Assembly: GCA_964484005.1 (NCBI GenBank)
Contig: CAZADR010000002.1
Location: forward strand, 10,318 to 74,317
DNA length: 64,000 bases
DNA from: an uncultured Candidatus Saccharibacteria bacterium
Lineage (GTDB): Bacteria > Patescibacteriota > Minisyncoccia > Phycocordibacterales > UBA9973
Direction: 5' to 3'
Under the pieces are notes generated by a model that ran no database searches, was not told where the DNA came from, and saw only the letters and a program-made list of their open reading frames with translations. Shown here piece by piece: positions 45,926 through 55,214 of the stretch (the stretch's first letter is position 1; each line of letters opens with the position of its first letter). The translations under genes were made by a program, and so were the position numbers.

Positions 45926-46582
45926 ATGGACAAGCAAACAGGGAAACTCATCGCCCGCATAGCCGAGAATTTACCAGAAATGAGTGGAGTGGCTATGCAA
46001 GATTGGATAGATGACCCACTAGGGCTTCAAAAGTTTCTTTTGGGTCTTAAGTCCAAAAACACCAAGGTTACTCTTATCCAAAAAGCTAGTGAGGACACTG
46101 ATCTTACTGATCTTCTTGGACTCAGTAAAAAGAGCCACCTTGATTTCATGATTAATATAGATCGCGCATCTCTTAGGTTGAGCTATCCTAGAAGTAAGAA
46201 AAGACTCCTGAATCCTGAACTTGAGTTCCTTGGCCCCAGGGAATACAATCTTCAAAAAGAGGTGAAGCCCTGGTTCCATCTTAAGCAGGAAAATACAGCG
46301 GTCCCGGGGCATGAAATCTACTCCAGGTTACAAATAGATGGTCTCTTGGGTCGCTCTCTTGGTTTGATTGACCTTGCGGCCATCTTGGCCAAAGGGAACG
46401 ATGTTCATCACGAGCTTTATCGGGAGATAGCAGTGTTTGCCTGGAAGTCAGCAATCGAAGATCGGTTGGGTCGCAGATATGCGCCTGGTCTTTTCTGGAG
46501 CGGAGAAAGGCTCATCATAGACTGGAGGATCTTTGATCATAGTTGGGGGGTGGGAAGCCCCGCGCTTATTTTTAAAGAGTAA
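45926..46582 (+). CDS. Hypothetical protein, moderately GC-rich
   Basis: 218-aa ORF with GGAGAAAAC SD and a TTGACA-N17-TATGGT promoter at 45869-45897; strong terminator follows. Confidence 0.45.
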   Translation: MDKQTGKLIARIAENLPEMSGVAMQDWIDDPLGLQKFLLGLKSKNTKVTLIQKASEDTDLTDLLGLSKKSHLDFMINIDRASLRLSYPRSKKRLLNPELEFLGPREYNLQKEVKPWFHLKQENTAVPGHEIYSRLQIDGLLGRSLGLIDLAAILAKGNDVHHELYREIAVFAWKSAIEDRLGRRYAPGLFWSGERLIIDWRIFDHSWGVGSPALIFKE

Positions 46583-46593
46583 CATCAACACAA

Positions 46594-46632
46594 TAGCCGG
46601 CACGAGAGATCTCGTGCCGGCTATTTAATTTT
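46594..46632. terminator. Bidirectional rho-independent terminator (13-bp GC-rich stem)
   Basis: TAGCCGGCACGAG-AGAT-CTCGTGCCGGCTA followed by TTTAATTTT; lies between convergent genes. Confidence 0.75.
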
Positions 46633-47023
46633 ACAAAGCTCCTAAGATTTTTTTTAATACTTCTTTTTCTTCTCCATTTTCGTATGTCTTGGTGGGTAAG
46701 TTTGGAAAACGAATAGCATGATATCTAGGAATTAAGTGAATGTGAAAATGAGGTACTTCATTTCCAACCACAGATTCTTGGACATAATCACAACCCAGGG
46801 CTTTTTTGAGAGTTATCATCATCTTTTTTGTTAGTTTGAATATTTCTGAAATAGTCTCATCATCAGCTTCTTGCATCCAGACAATGTGCTTTTTGGGGAT
46901 GATTATCAGGTGTCCATCTGAAACTGGTTTGATATCAAGAAAAACTAGAAATTTTTCGTCTTCATATATATTATCGCTAGGTATTTCTTTTTTTACAATT
47001 TTACAAAAAATACAATCGTCCAT
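46631..47023 (-). CDS. HIT-family (histidine triad) hydrolase
   Basis: HFHIHLIP histidine triad motif; 130 aa. Confidence 0.8.
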   Translation of the reverse strand: MDDCIFCKIVKKEIPSDNIYEDEKFLVFLDIKPVSDGHLIIIPKKHIVWMQEADDETISEIFKLTKKMMITLKKALGCDYVQESVVGNEVPHFHIHLIPRYHAIRFPNLPTKTYENGEEKEVLKKILGAL

Positions 47024-47060
47024 GCGAAAGATTATATCAAAATATGCTAAAATCTGCTAT

Positions 47061-48722
47061 ATGCAAAAATACGGTGAGTTATTGGGTGCACTTCTGAAAA
47101 AGAGGGGAATCACAGATTCGGAAGAAGCTGATATTTTTTTGAACCCAGACTATGAAAAGGGTTTACACGACCCTTTTTTAATGAGGGACATGGAAAAAGC
47201 CTGTGTGCGTATATTTGAGGCTATAGATGCCAAAGAAAAGATAGTAATTTATGCAGATTATGATTGTGATGGTATTCCGGGGGCTGTAATTTTAAATGAT
47301 TTATTTAAATTATTGGAGTATAAAAATTATGAGGTTTATATTCCTCAAAGAAATAGTGAGGGTTATGGATTAAATCTTGAGGCAATAAAACAGTTTGCAG
47401 GTAGAGGTGTAAAACTTTTGATAACCATAGATTTGGGTATTACGGCGGTGGCTGAAGTAGCCCAGGCCGAAGTAGATGGAATAGATGTGATAATTACAGA
47501 TCACCACATACCGCACGAAGTATTGCCTCGTGCTTATGCTATCTTAAATCCTAAAGTAGATGATTATCCAGAAAAGATGCTCTGTGGAGCAGGAGTGATG
47601 TTTAAACTCGTGCAAGGTTTTATAAAAAAATATGGAGAATATTTTAAGATTATAAATGGTAAAGAAAAGTGGATGCTAGACATGGCAGGACTCGCTACTT
47701 TGTCTGATATGGTTCCTCTAACTGGTGAAAATAGAGTGTTGGCATATTTTGGAATGAAGGTTTTACGAAAATCTCCTCGTCCTGGATTACAAAAACTTTT
47801 GGCCAAGATGAAAATTGATCAAAGGTATTTGTCGGAAGATGATATTGGTTTTATGGTTACCCCAAGGCTAAACGCTGCTTCACGCATGGATGATCCGATG
47901 CGTGCTTACGAACTTCTTTCTACAAGTGATGAGATAGAGGCAGACACTCTAGCGGAGCATCTGTCTAAAATAAATGATGAAAGGAAAACCATTGTGACGG
48001 GCATTATGCGAGAAGTAAATAAAAAATTTAGTGAAAATTCTGTGCATATGCAAAAAGAAGTAATTGTAATTGGAAATCCAAAATGGAAAGTAGGTATTTT
48101 GGGGTTGGTGGCAGGAAAAATTTCAGATGAATACAAAAAACCTGTTTTTGTTTGGGGAAAGGATGAAAATGATTTAATCAAAGGTTCTTGTCGGAGCGAT
48201 GGTTCGGTTTCGGTAGTAGAATTAATGACTGAAACTAAAGATTCTTTTCTAGAGTTTGGTGGCCATGAATTGGCTGGAGGATTTACTGTTCATAATGAAA
48301 AGATTCATTTTCTAGAAGATGAGTTGTCTCTTTCTTTTCATAAAGTAAAAAGAGACAAAAAAGAAGTTGAAATAAATTATGATGTTAAATCAGACTTAAA
48401 GGTTGTAAACATGAAAAATTGGAAGGAAATAGAGAAAATGGCTCCTTTTGGCTTGGGTAATCCAAAGCCAGTTTTTCTTTTTGAAAATGTAAAAATAGAA
48501 AAAATAAAAAAATTTGGCAAAAATGGTTCCGGTGAACATTTGGAAATAACTTTTTCTGACATAAACAACAACAAAGCTACCGCTATTTCTTTCTTTTCAA
48601 ATCATGAATCTTTTGATGTTCCAATTTTAGAAGATAAAAAAGTTAATTTGTTGGGAGTTTTTGATCTCTCTAGATTTAGGGGCAGGGCTGAGCTTCGATT
48701 GAGAATTGTTGGTATAATATAA
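47061..48722 (+). CDS. recJ: Single-stranded-DNA-specific exonuclease RecJ
   Basis: DHH motifs (ADYDCDGI, ITDHH) and DHHA1 domain. The start is set at 47061 (MQKYGELL); the track ORF from 46806 overlaps the HIT gene. Confidence 0.8.
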   Translation: MQKYGELLGALLKKRGITDSEEADIFLNPDYEKGLHDPFLMRDMEKACVRIFEAIDAKEKIVIYADYDCDGIPGAVILNDLFKLLEYKNYEVYIPQRNSEGYGLNLEAIKQFAGRGVKLLITIDLGITAVAEVAQAEVDGIDVIITDHHIPHEVLPRAYAILNPKVDDYPEKMLCGAGVMFKLVQGFIKKYGEYFKIINGKEKWMLDMAGLATLSDMVPLTGENRVLAYFGMKVLRKSPRPGLQKLLAKMKIDQRYLSEDDIGFMVTPRLNAASRMDDPMRAYELLSTSDEIEADTLAEHLSKINDERKTIVTGIMREVNKKFSENSVHMQKEVIVIGNPKWKVGILGLVAGKISDEYKKPVFVWGKDENDLIKGSCRSDGSVSVVELMTETKDSFLEFGGHELAGGFTVHNEKIHFLEDELSLSFHKVKRDKKEVEINYDVKSDLKVVNMKNWKEIEKMAPFGLGNPKPVFLFENVKIEKIKKFGKNGSGEHLEITFSDINNNKATAISFFSNHESFDVPILEDKKVNLLGVFDLSRFRGRAELRLRIVGII

Positions 48723-48727
48723 ACACA

Positions 48728-49198
48728 ATGAAAGAAGTCGTAAAAATATATACAGATGGTGCGGCTCGGGGCAATCCTGGGAGGGCGGGTTGGGGTGCTG
48801 TTTTTTTAATGGGCAAAAAAGTTGTTGAGCTTGGTGGAAGGAGTGATCATGCTACCAACAATCAAATGGAACTTACGGGGCCTATTGAAGCCTTAAAACA
48901 TCTTAAAAAACTTTCCCCTCCTCCTGGAGGAGGGGAAGTGACGATTGTGTCAGATTCTAAGTATGTCATTTTGGGAATAACAGAATGGATTTTTAATTGG
49001 CAAAAAAATAATTGGCGTAATGCTGCCAAGAAACCAGTCTTGAATCGTGAGCTTTGGGAAGAGCTGTACAAGCTTACAGAGGAATTGAAGCCTAAGTGGG
49101 AATATGTAAAAGGACACAATGGTGATAAATGGAACGAAAGAGCGGATGAGATAGCTACGAGTTTCGCTGATGGTACGGACATAGACTTAAAAAAATAA
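48728..49198 (+). CDS. rnhA: Ribonuclease HI
   Basis: IYTDGAARGNPGRAGWG, SDSKYV, HNGDKWNERADEIA. Confidence 0.85.
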   Translation: MKEVVKIYTDGAARGNPGRAGWGAVFLMGKKVVELGGRSDHATNNQMELTGPIEALKHLKKLSPPPGGGEVTIVSDSKYVILGITEWIFNWQKNNWRNAAKKPVLNRELWEELYKLTEELKPKWEYVKGHNGDKWNERADEIATSFADGTDIDLKK

Positions 49199-49218
49199 AA
49201 GTCTGTTATACTTCTCTC

Positions 49219-50739
49219 GTGCGTGATAAAGTTTTTTATATACTTTGTTTTGGTTTTTTATTAGGAGTGCTTTTGCGCTCTTTTGTTTTTGTAAATAATT
49301 ATTATGTTATTTTGTTCGCCGTAATTTCCATTGCGGTTTTTTTGTTTTTTATTTTTGTTTCACGAAATAATTGGGGAATTTTGTTTTGTGTTTTATTTAT
49401 TGCTTTTAGTTTTGGCATTTTTAGGTTTCACAGTGTTGATGCAGTCAACCCTACATTTTTTGAATCTAATGTTGGTAAAAAGGTTTCTTTGTTGGGACAA
49501 ATAATAGATGAACCTAATATTAAAGAAAATAATCAACAGTTAACAGTATTTGTAACTTCTAGAGGTTGGACATCGGGCTCCCTTGATGTCCAACCTCTTT
49601 TCACAAAAGTTCTGGTTTCTGCTGGTTTTGATGATGACTATAAATATGGTGATGCTGTAAAAATTGAGGGTGTTTTAAAGAAACCAGAAAACTTTACAAC
49701 TGACACAGGCAAAGAATTTGATTATATAAATTATTTACGAAAAGATGGAATATTATATGTGATGAGTTATCCCAAGATTGAGATTGTTTCTTCGGGTAAC
49801 GGAAACAAATTACAAAGTATTTTGTTTTTGGCCAAAGAGAAATTTTTAGAAAAAATAAACTTCTCAATAAATTCACCAGAGAATTTATTGATGGGTGGTC
49901 TCATCCTTGGAGAAAAGTCTTCTTTTGGTGAGGAGCTTCGAGAAAGCTTTGTGAATACAGGGACGATACATATAGTAGCTCTTTCTGGTTATAACGTGAC
50001 GATTATAGCTGAGTGGATTATGAAATTATTTTCTTTTTTACCTATAAATTTTGCAATTGGAACTGGAGTTTTTGCTATTATTTTATTTGTCCTAATGACA
50101 GGAGGGAGCTCTACTGCAATCAGGGCGGGGACTATGGCAATACTCGCACTGGTAGCTCGCGCGACCGGTAGAAATTATGATGTTGCGCGGGCGCTTATCC
50201 TCACTGCTCTTGTCATGGTCTTCATTAACCCATTTCTGTTGGTTTTTGATGTTTCTTTTCAGCTTTCTTTTATTGCGACAATAGCAGTGATATTTTTCGC
50301 TCCTAGAATTGAAAAATATTTTTTATGGGTACCAGACAAGTTTGGATTGAGAGATATCGTCTCTGTGACTAGTGCTGCTTATTTTTTTGTTTTTCCTTTT
50401 ATTCTTTATAAAATGGGAAATTTTTCTCTAGTGGCACTCCCAGCAAATATTTTAGTGCTTCCTTTTATTCCTATTACTATGTTGCTTGGATTTTTGACTG
50501 GTTTCGTGGGGCTCTTTTCATACACCCTCGCGATACCCCTTGGTTATTTTTCTTATTTTTTATTACATTATGAGTTAGGTGTGATAGGTTTTTTAGCCGA
50601 TATTCCTTTTGCTGTTTTTTCTTTTCCAAACTTTCCACTTTTTCTCGCACTTTTAACTTATGCCTATTTTATTTATAGACTGTTTGGTAGAAACATAAAG
50701 AGATTTTTTCAATTTGAAAAAGTTATTGAGCCTCTATAA
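49219..50739 (+). CDS. comEC: ComEC/Rec2 DNA-uptake channel, membrane (competence) domain
   Basis: Polytopic protein with the ComEC competence motif region IHIVALSGYNVTII; 506 aa; lacks the MBL domain, which is encoded separately at 51380..52135. Confidence 0.7.
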   Translation: MRDKVFYILCFGFLLGVLLRSFVFVNNYYVILFAVISIAVFLFFIFVSRNNWGILFCVLFIAFSFGIFRFHSVDAVNPTFFESNVGKKVSLLGQIIDEPNIKENNQQLTVFVTSRGWTSGSLDVQPLFTKVLVSAGFDDDYKYGDAVKIEGVLKKPENFTTDTGKEFDYINYLRKDGILYVMSYPKIEIVSSGNGNKLQSILFLAKEKFLEKINFSINSPENLLMGGLILGEKSSFGEELRESFVNTGTIHIVALSGYNVTIIAEWIMKLFSFLPINFAIGTGVFAIILFVLMTGGSSTAIRAGTMAILALVARATGRNYDVARALILTALVMVFINPFLLVFDVSFQLSFIATIAVIFFAPRIEKYFLWVPDKFGLRDIVSVTSAAYFFVFPFILYKMGNFSLVALPANILVLPFIPITMLLGFLTGFVGLFSYTLAIPLGYFSYFLLHYELGVIGFLADIPFAVFSFPNFPLFLALLTYAYFIYRLFGRNIKRFFQFEKVIEPL

Positions 50740-51316
50740 AATTGTTTTCAACAACTTCCCAGTTTAGGTTTTCAAAAAATGCTTCAATATATTTTTTCTT
50801 TTCGGATGTAGGGTAATCATACACATAGGCGTGTTCCCACATATCTAGGGCCAGTATCCATTTTACGCCATTTAGTTGTCCCATGTGTTGTTCGTCTACC
50901 CAGATATGTAATATTTGCTCTCTTTTTTTATCATAAGCCAACACAGCCCAGCCTATTCCACGAGTCATGGCTAGTATCTTAAAAGCATCGAGCCACGCTT
51001 CGAAAGTACCACACTCTGTTTCTATGGCCTTTTTTAATTTTGAATTTTCAGGTAATTTTTTTGCCCCTTCTTCTAGTGATTTGAAATAATATTCATGATT
51101 TTTAACACCATTAAATTCGAAACCATATCTTCTATGCAACTCTCCAATGACATACATATTCTTTTCTGGTTCGAGCATATACTCTTCTAATTTTTCAAAT
51201 ATCAAATTTGCATTTTTTACATATCCAGCGTAAAGCTTTAAATGTTCTTCGATATTTTTTTCAGATATCCCTTTTAGTGGACCAATATTAAATTTTACTT
51301 CTTCAAATTTTTTCAT
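50723..51316 (-). CDS. Fe/Mn superoxide dismutase family protein
   Basis: FNGVKNHEYYF and DMWEHAYVYDY motifs provide metal ligands His, Asp and His; 197 aa; the N-terminal His pair is only partly conserved. Confidence 0.6.
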   Translation of the reverse strand: MKKFEEVKFNIGPLKGISEKNIEEHLKLYAGYVKNANLIFEKLEEYMLEPEKNMYVIGELHRRYGFEFNGVKNHEYYFKSLEEGAKKLPENSKLKKAIETECGTFEAWLDAFKILAMTRGIGWAVLAYDKKREQILHIWVDEQHMGQLNGVKWILALDMWEHAYVYDYPTSEKKKYIEAFFENLNWEVVENNFIEAQ

Positions 51317-51379
51317 AATTTTTTATTTTTCCTAGGCATTCTGCCAAGGATAGGTTAATTTATATGTTAACATTATAAC

Positions 51380-52135
51380 ATGCCCGCACAAAGCAGAAAG
51401 TATGGCCTTTTGTTATTTACATTTTTGCTGTTATTGGTAAATATTTTTCTTTTTCTTTTAGACTGGGAAAACTCTCATCGACAGCTTACTTTTGCCGTAC
51501 TGGATGTCGGCCAGGGTGACGCTCTTTTCATAGAATCTCCCACTGGAATACAAGTATTGTTTGATGCTGGGCCTGCTCGAAAGGTTTTAGGTCCACTCAT
51601 GAGGGTGATGTCTCCTTTTGATAGAACCATAGACGCAGTATTTATTACTAATCCAGACGCAGATCACATCGGTGGATTTTTGGATGTATTAAAAAATTAT
51701 AAAGTGGGGATGGTTCTCGAACCTGGAACTTTGACTGACACTAAGACATATCAAAATTTAAAAAAAGAAATTAATATTAAAAATATTCCGAATATTTTAG
51801 CTAAAAAAGGCATGAGGTTGGATATGGGAGGTGGTGTATTTATAGATATTTTATTTCCAGACAGGGATGTGTCTTTGTGGTCTACTAATGACGGTTCTCT
51901 TGTGGCGCGTTTGGTTTATGGGGAAACTTCAATAATGCTTACTGGTGATACAACTAGTAAAACTGAAAGAATAATTTTAGAACAGAATAAAGAAAATCAA
52001 TTTGTTAGTACTGTTTTAAAGGTTGCCCATCACGGCTCCAGGTCTTCTTCATCTGTTTCTTTTGTGGAAAAAGTTTCTCCAGTTTATGCCTTAATTTCAA
52101 ATGGAAAAGAAAATAAATATGGGCACCCCCACTGA
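51380..52135 (+). CDS. ComEC C-terminal metallo-beta-lactamase domain protein (interrupted by in-frame TGA at 52136)
   Basis: LDVGQGDALFIESP, NPDADHIGG, VAHHGS motifs. After ..YGHPH a TGA is followed in frame by ETLDTLSRFGAQILRTDLLGTVIM, which matches the usual ComEC C-terminal tail. Confidence 0.65.
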   Translation: MPAQSRKYGLLLFTFLLLLVNIFLFLLDWENSHRQLTFAVLDVGQGDALFIESPTGIQVLFDAGPARKVLGPLMRVMSPFDRTIDAVFITNPDADHIGGFLDVLKNYKVGMVLEPGTLTDTKTYQNLKKEINIKNIPNILAKKGMRLDMGGGVFIDILFPDRDVSLWSTNDGSLVARLVYGETSIMLTGDTTSKTERIILEQNKENQFVSTVLKVAHHGSRSSSSVSFVEKVSPVYALISNGKENKYGHPH

Positions 52136-52227
52136 GAAACATTAGATACATTGTCTCGTTTTGGGGCTCAAATTCTCCGTACTGACCTACTTGGCACTGT
52201 AATTATGAAGTGTGATAGAATGGAAAC

Positions 52228-53472
52228 ATGCGTGATAAAAAAATAGAAAAACTAATAAAAGGGGAGGAGCAGAGGCAAAGAGAAGGATTGGAACTTATTC
52301 CATCTGAGAATTATGTTTCAGAAGATGTGCTGAAGGCCAATGGTTCTGTATTTACAAATAAGTATTCAGAAGGGTACCCTGGGCGCAGATATTACGGCGG
52401 GCAGGATTTTACAGACCAAGTAGAGAGATTAGCCATCGAGCGTGTTTGTAAATTATTTAAATGTAAATATGCAAATGTTCAACCGCACTCTGGGGCGCCC
52501 GCAAATTTGGCTGTTTATGCTGCTTTACTTGAACCAGGGGATACTGTACTCGGCATGGATTTATCTCATGGTGGGCACCTCACTCACGGACATCCGATGA
52601 CTCTTCCGGCCAAGATTTATAAATTTGTCACCTACAAGATGAAAGATCCTGAAACGGGAGAAATTGATTATGAAGACATGCGCAAAGTTGCACTTCAGTA
52701 TAAACCAAAATTAATTATTGCAGGATTTTCTGCTTACTCACGCACCTTGAATTACAAAAAATTTGTTGAGATTGCCAGAGAAGTCAGTGCTGTCACCATG
52801 GCAGATATGGCACATATTGCAGGCCTCATCGCAGCTGGTGCTCTTCGTAATCCCTTTGATGATGGTTTTGATATTATTACTTCCACCACCCACAAGACTC
52901 TTCGTGGACCACGCGGAGGAATAATTTTGACTCGCGAAAGTGAAGAAATCGCTAAAAAAATTGATAAGTCTATTTTCCCGGGCATCCAAGGTGGACCACA
53001 TATGCATACGATAGCTGGGAAGGCTGTAGCTTTTGGTGAAGCAATGACTCCAAAATTTAAAAAATATGCCAAGCAAATTTTGAAAAATGCGAAGGCAATG
53101 GAAAAAGTATTTCACAAAAATAACATTCGTATGATTGGCGGTGGTACAGACAATCACCTTATTTTGGCAGATGTTTTCGGCTCTCTCGGAGTCACAGGCA
53201 AAGAAGCACAGAGCGTGCTCGACGAAGTCGGTATTACTTTAAATATGAACTCCATCGCTGGGGACACCAGAAAGCCTTTAGACCCTTCAGGTATTCGTTT
53301 TGGTACTCCAGCTATCACTACCCGTGGATTTAAGGAAAAAGAATGTGCTTATGTGGCAGAGCTCATGTTGAAAGTTTTGAGAAACAAAGACGATAAAAAA
53401 ATAAAAGAAGTAGTGCACAAAGAAATTAAAAAATTAGCTAAGAAATTTCCAATACCAAAGAAATTTGTATAA
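52228..53472 (+). CDS. glyA: Serine hydroxymethyltransferase
   Basis: HGGHLTHG and TTHKTLRGPRGG (PLP lysine region); 414 aa. Confidence 0.9.
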   Translation: MRDKKIEKLIKGEEQRQREGLELIPSENYVSEDVLKANGSVFTNKYSEGYPGRRYYGGQDFTDQVERLAIERVCKLFKCKYANVQPHSGAPANLAVYAALLEPGDTVLGMDLSHGGHLTHGHPMTLPAKIYKFVTYKMKDPETGEIDYEDMRKVALQYKPKLIIAGFSAYSRTLNYKKFVEIAREVSAVTMADMAHIAGLIAAGALRNPFDDGFDIITSTTHKTLRGPRGGIILTRESEEIAKKIDKSIFPGIQGGPHMHTIAGKAVAFGEAMTPKFKKYAKQILKNAKAMEKVFHKNNIRMIGGGTDNHLILADVFGSLGVTGKEAQSVLDEVGITLNMNSIAGDTRKPLDPSGIRFGTPAITTRGFKEKECAYVAELMLKVLRNKDDKKIKEVVHKEIKKLAKKFPIPKKFV

Positions 53473-53484
53473 AAATTAAAAATC

Positions 53485-54165
53485 ATGAATTTAAAAAATA
53501 AAGTTGTGGTTATTACTGGATCTACGGGCGGACTCGGAAAAGCTCTAGCTTCAGAGTTTATCAGTGAACAGGCCAAAGTTATTATAAACGGACATTCTGT
53601 GAAACAACTTCATAAAGTAAGTGAAGAGATAGGAGCATTGTCCTGTGTCGGTGATGTGACAAAAGAAACTGACATGCAAAAGCTTGCGAATTTTGCTGTA
53701 AAGAAATTTGGGAAAATAGATATTTGGATAAATAATGCGGGCGCCAATATGCCTCATTCGACTATTGAAAAAATTGATTCTAGGTTGGCCCATAGGGTTA
53801 TGGAAGTTAATTTTTTTGGAACTTTCTTTGGTTCTCGCTCAGTGATTAAACATATGAAGAAACAGAAATATGGAACTATTGTAAATGTAGTTTCTGTAAG
53901 GTCTCTCGTTCCGAGTCCTATTTCAATAGTTTATTCTTCAAGTAAATGGGCGGTACGAGGACTTACAGAAGTGTTGCGTATGATTCTTAAACCTGACCAT
54001 ATTTCTGTAATAGCTGTGCATCCGGCTGGTATGAAAACAAATTTATTCGGCAAAATTAAGCCAGAAGGATATAAAAATTATATGGAGCCTTCTTTTGCTG
54101 CTAAAAAAATAGTTCAGAATTTAAAACTTTCAAAACCCAAAGAAGAGTTAATTGTAAAAAAATAA
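53485..54165 (+). CDS. Short-chain dehydrogenase/reductase (SDR)
   Basis: TGSTGGLGKA Rossmann motif and YSSSK catalytic YxxxK. Confidence 0.75.
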   Translation: MNLKNKVVVITGSTGGLGKALASEFISEQAKVIINGHSVKQLHKVSEEIGALSCVGDVTKETDMQKLANFAVKKFGKIDIWINNAGANMPHSTIEKIDSRLAHRVMEVNFFGTFFGSRSVIKHMKKQKYGTIVNVVSVRSLVPSPISIVYSSSKWAVRGLTEVLRMILKPDHISVIAVHPAGMKTNLFGKIKPEGYKNYMEPSFAAKKIVQNLKLSKPKEELIVKK

Positions 54166-54170
54166 ATAAT

Positions 54171-54866
54171 ATGGCAAAAAAAGGAAAGCTCATAGTAATA
54201 GACGGCACAGACGGGAGTGGAAAGGCGACTCAGGTTGCTCTTTTGGCAAAAAAATTAACGCATGAAGGAAAAAAAGTAAAAATAGTCGATTTTCCTGAAT
54301 ACTACAAGAATTTCTTTGGAGAATTTATCGGGCATTGTTTGAGTGAGCAGTATTATAATTTTATAAAAGTGCATCCCAAGATTGCTTCTGTCCTGTACGC
54401 GGCAGATCGTTTTGAGTCTAGTGCTGAGATCAAAAATTGGTTGAAAGATGGTTATATTGTTATTGCCAATCGTTATGTTTCAGCCAACCAGATTCACCAA
54501 GGGGGAAAAATTAAAAATGCGAAAAAAAGAAATGATTTTATAAAATGGCTAAATAAGATGGAATATGAAGTTTTTGGTATTTCCAAACCAGATATTACTC
54601 TATATTTAAGCTTACCGATAAACATTGTGTTGCAACTGTTAAAAAAACGAGATAGTAGTAAAATGAGAAGAGCTTACTTAAAAAAGAAAAAAGATGTGCA
54701 TGAGGCAGATGTTGATTTCTTGATCAATTCTAGGAAGAGCGCACTTTGGCTGGTAAAAGAAGTTCCAAATTTTATTAAAATAGATTGCGCACCAAAGGGA
54801 GAGATCTTGTCTCGTGAAGAGATTCATAAAATGGTTTTTGAAAAAACAAAGAAGATTATTAAATAA
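54171..54866 (+). CDS. tmk: Thymidylate kinase-like
   Basis: IVIDGTDGSGKATQ P-loop and DRF motif (AADRFES). Confidence 0.7.
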   Translation: MAKKGKLIVIDGTDGSGKATQVALLAKKLTHEGKKVKIVDFPEYYKNFFGEFIGHCLSEQYYNFIKVHPKIASVLYAADRFESSAEIKNWLKDGYIVIANRYVSANQIHQGGKIKNAKKRNDFIKWLNKMEYEVFGISKPDITLYLSLPINIVLQLLKKRDSSKMRRAYLKKKKDVHEADVDFLINSRKSALWLVKEVPNFIKIDCAPKGEILSREEIHKMVFEKTKKIIK

Positions 54867-54877
54867 TTTTTAAAAAT

Positions 54878-55210
54878 ATGGAATTAAATGAATACCAAGA
54901 GAAAGCATTAACTACGGCTCTTTATCCAGAAAAATATAAAGTTATTTATGCGGCCATGGGTCTAGGCAACGAGGCAGGAGAAGTGATGGGGAAAATAAAA
55001 AAGTGGCTGAGGGGTGATGACGGGGAAGGAGCGATGAGCGAAGAGCGCAAGGAGGCGTTAAAAGGAGAGCTTGGAGATGTGCTGTGGTATTTGGCAATTT
55101 TAGCTCATGACTTAGATCTTTCTCTTGAGGATGTTGCCAAGGAGAACATAAATAAATTACAATCTAGAAAAGAAAGAGGAACTCTAAAAGGAGATGGGGA
55201 TGTAAGATAA
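54878..55210 (+). CDS. MazG-like nucleotide pyrophosphohydrolase domain protein
   Basis: LGNEAGEVMGK...ELGDVLWYLAILA is the EExxE-type MazG pattern. Confidence 0.6.
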   Translation: MELNEYQEKALTTALYPEKYKVIYAAMGLGNEAGEVMGKIKKWLRGDDGEGAMSEERKEALKGELGDVLWYLAILAHDLDLSLEDVAKENINKLQSRKERGTLKGDGDVR

Positions 55211-55214
55211 ATTC

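Noticed and set aside
52136-52138. In-frame TGA as evidence for an alternative genetic code (UGA=Gly/Trp)
   Set aside because: Many genes in the window terminate cleanly at TGA (for example 8471-8473, 10381-10383), and long ORFs are otherwise uninterrupted. A lineage-wide recoding is therefore not supported; it is a local truncation or error.
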